Position numbers and translations under genes: made by a program
Notes under the pieces: generated by a model
Told to the model about the DNA's origin: nothing
The model's input: the letters and a program-made list of their open reading frames with translations, nothing else
Database searches by the model: none
Assembly: GCA_048938385.1 (NCBI GenBank)
Contig: JBHLMG010000032.1
Location: forward strand, 1 to 20,953
DNA from: Promethearchaeota archaeon
Lineage (GTDB): Archaea > Asgardarchaeota > Hermodarchaeia > Hermodarchaeales > Hermodarchaeaceae
Reading direction: 5' to 3'
DNA length: 20,953 nucleotides
In this document: in pieces, positions 7,152-15,083 of the stretch
Layout: every line of letters starts with the position of its first letter
How positions within the stretch are numbered: the stretch's first letter is position 1

Positions 7152-8342
7152 TTGGACCTAAAACTTGCCCAAGCAAAAAATCAGCAAGCCAGTGATCTCC
7201 TCAAGGAGTTAGATTTAGATACATGGATTATCTGGGTACGAGAAACCAAACAAATGGCTGACCCTGCCCTTTCATTAATTCTAGGAATCGATCTGGTTTG
7301 GCAATCTGCTCTGATTTATACGAAAACTGGTAAACGCATCGCCATTGTAGGAAACTTTGATGCGGCAGGCATCCAGCCTTTACAAATCTTTGACGAGATT
7401 ATACCCTATACTCAAAGCATTCGGGAATCCTTGCGTCAGGAACTAAATCGATTGAAACCTAAACGCATTGCATTGAATTTTAGTCGAGATGATGTTGCCT
7501 CAGATGGCATAACCTTTGGTATGTATAACCTGTTAACCGAATACCTTCAAGGAACTCCCTATCCCCAACGCTTCGAAAGCGCTGAATCCCTTTTAAGTCT
7601 GCTGCGGGGACGCAAGACTCCCGAAGAACTCAACCGAATCACACAGGCTATTAAAATCACTGAGAGAATATTCGAAGAAGCTCACCAGTTTCTGCGAATA
7701 GATCAAACAGAACTCGATATCTACCGCTTCTTCCATGAACGCTTGGAAGCTCATGGTGTTGGTTTGGCGTGGGGTGCAGACCATAATCCTGCCGTTGATG
7801 CTGGACCTAACAAACAATTCGGTCATGCTGGGCCAACCGATAACAAGACTAAGGCAGGGCATCTTCTCCACTTTGATTTTGGTGTCCGCTACCAAGGTTA
7901 TTGCTCAGATTTACAACGAATGTTCTTTTTTGGAAATCCCCAAGATATCCCAGAGGAAATTCAATCAGCGTTCAACACCGTACGGGATGCGATTCAAACA
8001 GCATCAGAGTTCATCAAACCAGGGGTGAAAGGGCATGAGGTAGATGCCATCGCTCGCACCTATGTCAAAGACCAAGGATACCAAGAATACCAACATGCGC
8101 TGGGTCACCAAATTGGACAGCAAGCGCACGATGGAGGGACCATCCTAGGACCCCTCTGGGACCGCTACGGATCTAGTCCCCAAGGCCTCCTCGAGGCTGG
8201 GAATGTTTTCACTCTTGAACTTTATGTTACAACGAAAAATTACGGTCAGGTAAGCCTTGAAGAAAACATAGTCGTAACCAAGACTGGATGCCAATTTCTC
8301 TCTAATCCACAGACTCAACTCTTGTGTGTTAGACTAAAATAG
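7152..8342 (+). CDS. Xaa-Pro aminopeptidase family (M24B) metallopeptidase, apparently active
   Basis: All five metal ligands present: HFDFG, YCSDLQR, HALGHQIG, TLELY, SLEENIVV. Confidence 0.92.
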   Translation: MDLKLAQAKNQQASDLLKELDLDTWIIWVRETKQMADPALSLILGIDLVWQSALIYTKTGKRIAIVGNFDAAGIQPLQIFDEIIPYTQSIRESLRQELNRLKPKRIALNFSRDDVASDGITFGMYNLLTEYLQGTPYPQRFESAESLLSLLRGRKTPEELNRITQAIKITERIFEEAHQFLRIDQTELDIYRFFHERLEAHGVGLAWGADHNPAVDAGPNKQFGHAGPTDNKTKAGHLLHFDFGVRYQGYCSDLQRMFFFGNPQDIPEEIQSAFNTVRDAIQTASEFIKPGVKGHEVDAIARTYVKDQGYQEYQHALGHQIGQQAHDGGTILGPLWDRYGSSPQGLLEAGNVFTLELYVTTKNYGQVSLEENIVVTKTGCQFLSNPQTQLLCVRLK

Positions 8343-8356
8343 AAAAAGATAAGAGT

Positions 8357-8468
8357 TGGCGGGCCCGCAGGGATTTGAACCCCGGATCCCCAGATCCGCA
8401 ATCTGGTGCCTTTGACCTGTTACTCTTAACACAAGATTTCCAGTCTATCCAGCCTAGGCCACGGGCCC
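8357..8468 (-). tRNA. tRNA-Arg(GCG) with 34-nt non-canonical D-arm intron (about 8411-8444); CCA encoded
   Basis: Minus strand: acceptor GGGCCCG/CGGGCCC, D-stem start GCCT, anticodon arm CCAGA-TTGCGGA-TCTGG, T arm CGGGG-TTCAAAT-CCCTG, G73-CCA. Removing 34 nt gives a 78-nt cloverleaf. Confidence 0.93.
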
Positions 8469-8520
8469 TTGTGAACGAGGTTTTGTTGTAGGGAAGGAAT
8501 TACCTTTAACTATTTTGCTG

Positions 8521-8649
8521 AGAAGTCCCTTCCTTTCAAGGGGGCGTTGAATCTACACGATAGTTATCTATCTCTCTCACAGCTCTCGCCCGTTTGGCGT
8601 GAGGAATGGACTCGAAGGAAACCTCTAATTTGATGTAAGTGTAGTTCAC
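8521..8649 (+). mobile_element. Possible degraded non-autonomous IS200/IS605-family end remnant
   Basis: Two short hairpins (CCCTT-cctttc-AAGGG; CTCtCGCC-cgttt-GGCGtGAG) and a segment GAAACCTC...GTAGTTCAC resembling recalled IS605/IS1341-type end motifs; no transposase ORF. Confidence 0.4.
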
Positions 8650-8706
8650 TAATTTCGCTAAAAATGCCTAGAATCCAAGGCTCCCTGGAGCGAAGAGGTT
8701 GGGCGG

Positions 8707-9219
8707 TTAGGTTCCGGCGAGAATGCTACGCCAAGAATCAATCTCTTCAAGTAGCCCCTCACGATGTTTATCACTGAGATCTTGGTTGATTTTATACGAT
8801 TCTAGAGTGCGGATCCACCGAGCCCAAGGTCCCATGAGGCGTGGGTCATGTCCAACTAGCCGATGGGATAGTTCTCGGCGTTTTCGCATGGCGTTTAGAA
8901 TGTCCACAGCACGTGTGAATCGTTCGATCTCGCGGCGCATTGCATCGACTTCGTCAAGAGCGGGATTAGTTCCATACGAATCGGAATTTTGGGTGAAACG
9001 ATCCAGGATGGCTTCTACCTCATTTGGTTGAAGTGAAGCTGCACGCGTAGCTTCTTCGAGAATCATAAGCCCCTTTTCGAGGATGGCTGTAACGAGAACC
9101 ATTTTATTTTGCGCAATAACATTTGGTGGATGATCTAATGTTTCAGTGCATCCCTTGACGAGTTTCTCAAGGGCTTTATGATGCTCACGTACTTCCTTTT
9201 CGTATGACAAAGAATTCAC
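8707..9219 (-). CDS. Hypothetical helical protein (170 aa); C-terminal part resembles the Vps28 C-terminal domain
   Basis: WIRTLESYKINQDLSDKHREGLLEEIDSW aligns without gaps to WRNQLQGRDPKETLSAEEAKQLEFQAVRW of the in-window Vps28. The true start may be the TTG three codons downstream, with AGGTGA as SD. Confidence 0.7.
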   Translation of the reverse strand: MNSLSYEKEVREHHKALEKLVKGCTETLDHPPNVIAQNKMVLVTAILEKGLMILEEATRAASLQPNEVEAILDRFTQNSDSYGTNPALDEVDAMRREIERFTRAVDILNAMRKRRELSHRLVGHDPRLMGPWARWIRTLESYKINQDLSDKHREGLLEEIDSWRSILAGT

Positions 9220-9329
9220 CTAAACATGTGATTGGTCTTTTTAACCTCGATGTCCAAGAGAAAATATGAGAAGAGATGTTATAACATTTTCTCGTGTTAT
9301 TAGTTGTTTGGGTTATTTTTGAAGGTAGA

Positions 9330-10433
9330 TTAGATGGTTTCCAAAGGAATTTGATTCAAGGTTTCAAAGGTGCCGTCTCTGTGGAACACATTGGTGTTGC
9401 TGAGGTACACCCCACCTACGTCGGGTTTGAATAATCCGCATTCGATGGTAAACACCATACCTGGTCGAAGAGGGGTTTCGTTGCTAACGATAAAATGAGG
9501 GGGTTCAAATGGTTGTAATCCAACACTACTTCCATGTGTGTCATGTAAGTAGGGAAGACATTCTCGTTCTTCCGCAATTCGTTGAATGCGCAATGCTACA
9601 TCGCGAACAATGGTTTCCGGAGTTAGTTGGTTTTGGGTCTTTGCTATCGCATCCTGGGCACAATTGAAGAGAGTGACGAATTTCTTGGAGGGCTTTCCTG
9701 TCATCACTGTACGAGTTACATTCGAACAGTAATCATCAGAGATTGCTGATACTGAGATGATTACAGATTCGAAGGGACCAATTTCACGCCGGCTAGCTGG
9801 AGCATATGAACAACTCGTACGAGGTCCAGTGGTGATGACAGTGGGAAACCCCGTCCCAGTTGCACCTGCCCTTCGAAGTGTGCGTTCGACCTCTGCAGCC
9901 ACTTCAATTTCTGAAATCCCTGGTTGGACAAATTCAAGAGCAGCGCGAACTCCATTTTCAGCTATTTGAGTGGCAGTTTTTAATTTCTCTATCTCTGCTT
10001 CATCCTTAATCATACGCAAGTCATTCAAAGATGCTGTGATGTTTTTGAAGCCTGCATCTGGAAGTAATCGCTTAAGCTCTTCAAAACGCCTTGCGGAGAT
10101 ATAATTCAATTCTACCCCGATATCGATGGATTGAAGCTTATGCTGCTCAATAGCCTCTTGAAGGCGATTGAAAAGAGTATGCTTAGTCTCAGGTGTTCCC
10201 TGGCGATGGTATCCAAAGATATTTTGAAACCATGAGCTTGAAGTAGCGAGTTTGAGTTCGGCCTGAGGAACAATTAGCCAAGGTTCCTTTTCTTGCGAGA
10301 GAACTGCCACCGAACTACCTAAAACTCCCCCTGGTTTATACCCGGTTAAATACCGAATATTAAAGGGATCAAAAAGCAGGATGCCTTTTATTTCCTCACG
10401 CGACATCACGCGCTGGACTCGATCCAATCGCAT
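9330..10433 (-). CDS. M24/aminopeptidase-P fold protein with creatinase-type N-domain; metal ligands mostly lost (probable pseudopeptidase)
   Basis: NIRYLTGY, LRMIKDEAEI, PGISEIEVAA, YCSNVTRT, LRPGMVFTIE; ligand positions read S, N, S, E, S instead of D, D, H, E, E. Confidence 0.88.
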   Translation of the reverse strand: MRLDRVQRVMSREEIKGILLFDPFNIRYLTGYKPGGVLGSSVAVLSQEKEPWLIVPQAELKLATSSSWFQNIFGYHRQGTPETKHTLFNRLQEAIEQHKLQSIDIGVELNYISARRFEELKRLLPDAGFKNITASLNDLRMIKDEAEIEKLKTATQIAENGVRAALEFVQPGISEIEVAAEVERTLRRAGATGTGFPTVITTGPRTSCSYAPASRREIGPFESVIISVSAISDDYCSNVTRTVMTGKPSKKFVTLFNCAQDAIAKTQNQLTPETIVRDVALRIQRIAEERECLPYLHDTHGSSVGLQPFEPPHFIVSNETPLRPGMVFTIECGLFKPDVGGVYLSNTNVFHRDGTFETLNQIPLETI

Positions 10434-10518
10434 ACCCAGAACACCGCAGTATTTGCGGTTCGGTGTAATTATATTTCTATCGAAATGCTACCACTAGTGC
10501 CGTGATCCACCGGAACTC

Positions 10519-10525
10519 CTTTAAG
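10519..10525 (+). promoter_or_regulatory. Candidate TATA box of tRNA-Arg(CCG)
   Basis: CTTTAAG about 30-36 nt upstream of the mature tRNA 5' end. Confidence 0.45.
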
Positions 10526-10554
10526 CAGAACTAACTCACTGCTCAACATCGCAT

Positions 10555-10667
10555 GGGCCCTTGGCCTAGTATGGATAAACCGCGTATTTGGAATTCAGAT
10601 TGTGGTTCCAAGGGGCGACAGGTTCCGGACCTGTAGATCCCGCGTTCAAATCGCGGAGGGCCCGCCA
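10555..10667 (+). tRNA. tRNA-Arg(CCG) with 35-nt intron at position 21/22 (10578-10612); CCA encoded
   Basis: Acceptor GGGCCCT/AGGGCCC, D-stem GCCT/GGGC, anticodon arm ACAGG-TTCCGGA-CCTGT, T arm CCGCG-TTCAAAT-CGCGG, G73-CCA. BHB-type motif with TGGA/TCCA central helix and bulges TAA and AGG. Confidence 0.95.
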
Positions 10668-10765
10668 CTTTCCTTAAAACTATCAGCATTTTTGGTCATG
10701 GTTTATCTATAACTCTTAAAACGGCATAGATGGTTGGAACTTGGTAATGTTGGAGGCTATGAACG

Positions 10766-11692
10766 GTGCAAATGGAAGCTCAATGTGTGAGCTGTCTAAT
10801 TTCTCGAGCACTTCAAGAAGTTCAGCTAGCAACAACTGAGTTGGAAGACCAATTAGTCGCTTTAACCGAGGTCGTTCGTGTTCTCAACACCTCCTTGACA
10901 GAAGGTGGACCGATGGAGCGCATTCCGGCTTATGTGGGAACGCAGCGCGATCGTATCATTCAACAGGTAACAGGGTGCCCTGATCCATACGCGCAACTTA
11001 AGGATGCATCGAATAAATCAGCTCTAAAGCTCGTTCCCTCCCTAGAAGCCTACATCAAACATGCGAGCAATTCAAGCGAACATTTTCGTCGGGCATGTTT
11101 GGCTGCCTCCTTAGGTAATGTGATTGAGTATGGTGTAGCTGGGCATGAAATTCCTTGGGATGACATGGCTGCACTGATCAGTCAAGCAGAATCTGAACTA
11201 GCGATTGACCACATTCCTCAATTATATCATCTGGCTAAAAACGCTAAAGCGATTCTCTATCTCACTGATAATGCAGGGGAGATTGTCTTTGATCGTCTCT
11301 TCATTCAGTCTCTACTGGACTTGGGATCGATAGTCACGGTTGCTGTCAAGGGCGCTCCGGTCCTTAATGATGCCATGCTCAAGGATGCCAAGGTGGCAGG
11401 ATTAATGGATATCACAGAAGTTGTGACGACGGGGGGTGGCGCTGTGGGGGTTCTTCCACAGTGGTGTTCTAAAGAGTTTCTGACTCGGTTTGAATCCGTG
11501 GATCTCGTGATTGCCAAAGGAATGGGTCACCATGAAACTCTTCCAGAATTTTCACTCTCCTCGCCCACCGCTCACCTGCTACGAACCAAGTGTCAACCTG
11601 TAGCCCAGTCATTAGCGGTTGAGAAAGATCGGAATATCGTTAAAATCTTAGTCAATCACCGAGGTCCATTAGGACCCTTAAATCAACCCTAG
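10766..11692 (+). CDS. DUF89/ARMT1-like damage-control metal-dependent phosphatase
   Basis: CxxC (CVSC), DPY..LK, GNVIEYG, DNAGEIVFD, VLNDA, KGMG..E, KCQPVA. Confidence 0.92.
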   Translation: MQMEAQCVSCLISRALQEVQLATTELEDQLVALTEVVRVLNTSLTEGGPMERIPAYVGTQRDRIIQQVTGCPDPYAQLKDASNKSALKLVPSLEAYIKHASNSSEHFRRACLAASLGNVIEYGVAGHEIPWDDMAALISQAESELAIDHIPQLYHLAKNAKAILYLTDNAGEIVFDRLFIQSLLDLGSIVTVAVKGAPVLNDAMLKDAKVAGLMDITEVVTTGGGAVGVLPQWCSKEFLTRFESVDLVIAKGMGHHETLPEFSLSSPTAHLLRTKCQPVAQSLAVEKDRNIVKILVNHRGPLGPLNQP

Positions 11693-11702
11693 GGTCTCGT
11701 TG

Positions 11703-13508
11703 TTATTCTTCAGCTTCTTCACTGATGTAATAGTATTCTCCACGTTGTTTTTGTTCACGATCCAATCGACTGGCTTCCTTATTCACTCGTGGGCGTCCGG
11801 TCGCGTGATCACGGCGGAATGTAACACCCATATCTTGGAGAAATGTGTTCATACCACTTCGTAAATCAACTGGCTCTTGACAAAGTCCATTGACACCAGG
11901 TTCACCAGTGAAAACGGAAATGGTATCGGCAAACGCTGAGATCGATACCATATCGTGTTCCACCACAAATGCGGCTTTTCCTTGACCGTGCACGATAGAC
12001 CGAATCACCTTAGCTACAGCCAAGCGCTGTTCAATGTCTAGGAAAGCAGAGGGCTCATCTAAGAGAAAAAGTTCAGCGGGACGCGCTAAACAAGCTGCAA
12101 TCGCCACGCGTTGTAATTCTCCTCCGCTCAACTCATTGACGGAACGATCTTCTAGCTGTTCAAGGGCAAGCGGTCGGAGGACCTCCGAGCGAAATACGCT
12201 AGTAAGAACCTTAGCCCCTCCCGCTTCATGGAGAGAATCGAGAACTTTTTCATCGGTGTCTGCACTGATGTATTGCGGTTTATAACTAACCTTGACATCA
12301 CTTTCTGGAAGCGTGCCTTCATCCGGGTCTAAGTCTTTAGCAAGTAATCGGACAAAAGTGGTTTTTCCTATACCGTTGGGACCAAGCACACCAATGACCT
12401 CGCCTTGATGAACCTTACCAGGCATCACTTGGAGATTGAAGTCTTTGAACCGTTTCACCATAGCATCGTATTCAACTAACACCGAGACAGTCGCCCAGAA
12501 CTCCGCTGTGGGTGGGCGGGTTTCGAATCGAATCTCTTCGTTGCGAAATCGCACATTACTATCGGGAAGATAGCCGTTGAGGTAGATGTTGATACCCTCT
12601 CGAACGCCATGGGGGTGAGAGACGATCCCATAAGCTCCTGGCTCTCCGTAGAAGATACACACATAATCGGAGATGTAATCGGCAACTGCTAAATCGTGGA
12701 CGACACTGATGACCATTTTTCCCTCACGAGCTAATGCCCGAATTGCCCGGGCTGCTCGAACACGTTGGTAAACATCCAGATAGGATGTGGGTTCATCAAT
12801 GAGGTAAACATCTGCTGCTCGCGCCATAACAGCAGCAATTGCTACACGTTGAAGCTCGCCTCCACTGAGGACAGACACATCTCGATCGAGAACACTTTGC
12901 AATTCTAGCTGCGTGGTCAATTCGTGTATCTTCCCCTCCTTATCAGTTGACTCAAGAAGCTCGCGAACAGAACCCTGATATGCCTCAGGAATACTGGTCA
13001 CATTTTGAGGCTTATAAGCCACGGTGAGATCACCTCGAGCCGCGCGCTCAAAATACGGCTGTAACCCAGACCCACGATAATGACGAATAATCTCAGACCA
13101 TTCTGGCGGGGTTTCAAAGTTACCAAGGTTGGGTTGGAGTTGTAGAGCCAAGATTTTCAAGGCAGTAGATTTCCCTGTGCCATTCGCACCCACGAGTCCG
13201 GTGACCGCTCCGGGAGAAGGGATAGGAAGACGGAATAATTTGAAACTGTTAGGACCATACCGGTGTGAGGTATCGACTTCCAACTCGTCCGCTAAATTAA
13301 TGATACGCAGAGCTCGAAATGGACATTTTCGAGTGCAAATACCACACCCTGTGCAGAGGAGTTCAACAATCCTTGGTTGACTCTCTTTCTGATTTTTATC
13401 AAATACGACCACTTCGTCTCCCATTCGTTGAGGGGGACAGAACCGCTGACATTCTCGGGTGCACTTAGCTGGGTTACAAGCCCGGGAATCTAACACCGCT
13501 ACACGCAA
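11703..13508 (-). CDS. rli1: Ribosome recycling ATPase ABCE1/RLI1
   Basis: N-terminal 2x[4Fe-4S] Cys motifs (CNPAKC..EC..FCP; CTGCGICTRKCP), two ABC domains (GANGTGKS, GPNGIGKT, LSGGELQRVAIAA twice, DEP), hinge TFRRD..TGRPRVNK. Confidence 0.97.
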   Translation of the reverse strand: MRVAVLDSRACNPAKCTRECQRFCPPQRMGDEVVVFDKNQKESQPRIVELLCTGCGICTRKCPFRALRIINLADELEVDTSHRYGPNSFKLFRLPIPSPGAVTGLVGANGTGKSTALKILALQLQPNLGNFETPPEWSEIIRHYRGSGLQPYFERAARGDLTVAYKPQNVTSIPEAYQGSVRELLESTDKEGKIHELTTQLELQSVLDRDVSVLSGGELQRVAIAAVMARAADVYLIDEPTSYLDVYQRVRAARAIRALAREGKMVISVVHDLAVADYISDYVCIFYGEPGAYGIVSHPHGVREGINIYLNGYLPDSNVRFRNEEIRFETRPPTAEFWATVSVLVEYDAMVKRFKDFNLQVMPGKVHQGEVIGVLGPNGIGKTTFVRLLAKDLDPDEGTLPESDVKVSYKPQYISADTDEKVLDSLHEAGGAKVLTSVFRSEVLRPLALEQLEDRSVNELSGGELQRVAIAACLARPAELFLLDEPSAFLDIEQRLAVAKVIRSIVHGQGKAAFVVEHDMVSISAFADTISVFTGEPGVNGLCQEPVDLRSGMNTFLQDMGVTFRRDHATGRPRVNKEASRLDREQKQRGEYYYISEEAEE

Positions 13509-13584
13509 CTGAAGAACACTCCTTCTGTTTCGATACGAAATTGTGTTTTTAGTGTTATGGGCGCACGAATAATATTACGCTCTC

Positions 13585-14964
13585 TTAATGGAAACGCAGC
13601 CACTCAGCTCGTCGGTACAAAAAAGCTAACGCCGTGGCTGCCCGTTGAGGGGTAGGAAAGTTGGGAATTTTCGCTTGTCTTAGTACTGGAAGTCCTTCAG
13701 CCACGATGTCTTCGGCTAACCAGCAGGTTACAAGAGGCTTTTCAGGATTGTTTTGCTTGGCTTTAGCAATACTCTGAGAGATTGCGCGAATAGATGAGAA
13801 CACAGTGGGTACACAGAGCACTAGGCCCATATCGATGCTATTTTCTGCGAGAAGGAGTTCCGTCACCTGTTGGTAGGTCTGAGGGTGCCCTTCCGGTCCC
13901 AAGTCAACGGGATTCCCCATCGGACAGAATGGAGGAAGAACAGCCTCGAATTCACGGACCAAGGACGGAGGAAAAGGGGCGGTCGCAAGCCCTGCACGAG
14001 CACAGGCATCCACTGCTAACACACCCGGTCCTCCGCTGTTTGTAATAATTCCTACGCGGTTTCCCTGAGGTAGGGGTTGTGTAGATAAGACTTGGCATAC
14101 ATCAATGAACTCATCAAGGGTTTTTACTTGTAACACACCTGCTTGTCGGAATGCGCCAGCGTAGACAGCCTTTGTTCCTGCTAGTTGGCCAGTATGGGAA
14201 TGAATCGCTTGGACTCCATCGGGGGTGTTCCCGGGTTTTAAGATAATCATAGGTTTGTGTGGGACAATTTTTTTAGCAATTTGTAGGAAGGTTCGGGCCT
14301 GTGTAATGCCTTCGATATAACCTCCAATAAGTTGAGTAGGTTTATGCGTATGAAGGTACTCTAAGATGTCCTCGGGTCCTACATCAGCCGCATTACCGTA
14401 ACTGATGAAGATGCTGAGACCCAGACCTACAGCTCTAGCCAAACCAAGAATCACGGCGCACATAGCTCCACTTTGCGAAATGAAGGCCATGTGTCCTTCA
14501 AGCAAGCGATTTTCAAAACTCGCATAGATCCGTTCATGCGTCAAGGCGAATCCCGCACAATTCGGACCCAGCATTCGCATATCGTATTCGTGAACTCGCC
14601 TGACTAGTTCGCGTTCTGTCGATTCATCACCTAATTCGCTAAATCCTGAACTCATTACGATTACCGATTTCACTCCGCTTTTACCACAGCGATCAATGGC
14701 ATTGAGTACTTGATCTTTTTTCAATACGATAATTGCGCAATCCACAGTCTTTGAAACTGCTTCAATTGATGGAAAAACCTGAAGGCCGAGCAGGGTTTTT
14801 AATTTCGGGTTAATGGGATAGATTTCACCCCGAAACCCTCCCTTGATGAGGCTCTCAACAACCTGTCGTCCAATTCGTCCCGACTTAGCTGAAGCACCTA
14901 TAACAGCAATAGATTTTGGATGAAACAGTGCGTCCAGGGTTGAATGAGACACAAGGCACACCAC
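13585..14964 (-). CDS. acdA: ADP-forming acetate/acyl-CoA synthetase alpha subunit (CoA-binding)
   Basis: LFHPKSIAVIGAS, YPINPK, SGFSE, GPNC, SQSGA, phospho-His motif SHTGQLAG, TNSGGPGVLAVD, NPVDL. Confidence 0.9.
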   Translation of the reverse strand: MVCLVSHSTLDALFHPKSIAVIGASAKSGRIGRQVVESLIKGGFRGEIYPINPKLKTLLGLQVFPSIEAVSKTVDCAIIVLKKDQVLNAIDRCGKSGVKSVIVMSSGFSELGDESTERELVRRVHEYDMRMLGPNCAGFALTHERIYASFENRLLEGHMAFISQSGAMCAVILGLARAVGLGLSIFISYGNAADVGPEDILEYLHTHKPTQLIGGYIEGITQARTFLQIAKKIVPHKPMIILKPGNTPDGVQAIHSHTGQLAGTKAVYAGAFRQAGVLQVKTLDEFIDVCQVLSTQPLPQGNRVGIITNSGGPGVLAVDACARAGLATAPFPPSLVREFEAVLPPFCPMGNPVDLGPEGHPQTYQQVTELLLAENSIDMGLVLCVPTVFSSIRAISQSIAKAKQNNPEKPLVTCWLAEDIVAEGLPVLRQAKIPNFPTPQRAATALAFLYRRAEWLRFH

Positions 14965-15083
14965 CGACTCTAAAGTTCTCTCGAACTGTCACTAGTTGCA
15001 AGATGTTTGTTGCACTGCATTACGCCTTGTTGCTTTAAGGCTTGCTGGCAAGTCAATTGAAGAGAATGAAAAGTGGAGAAGGA

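Noticed and set aside
8357-10667. Region between two tRNA-Arg genes as a possible integrated element
   Set aside because: Both tRNAs are complete and point outward, with no duplicated tRNA 3' fragment (att site) and no integrase.
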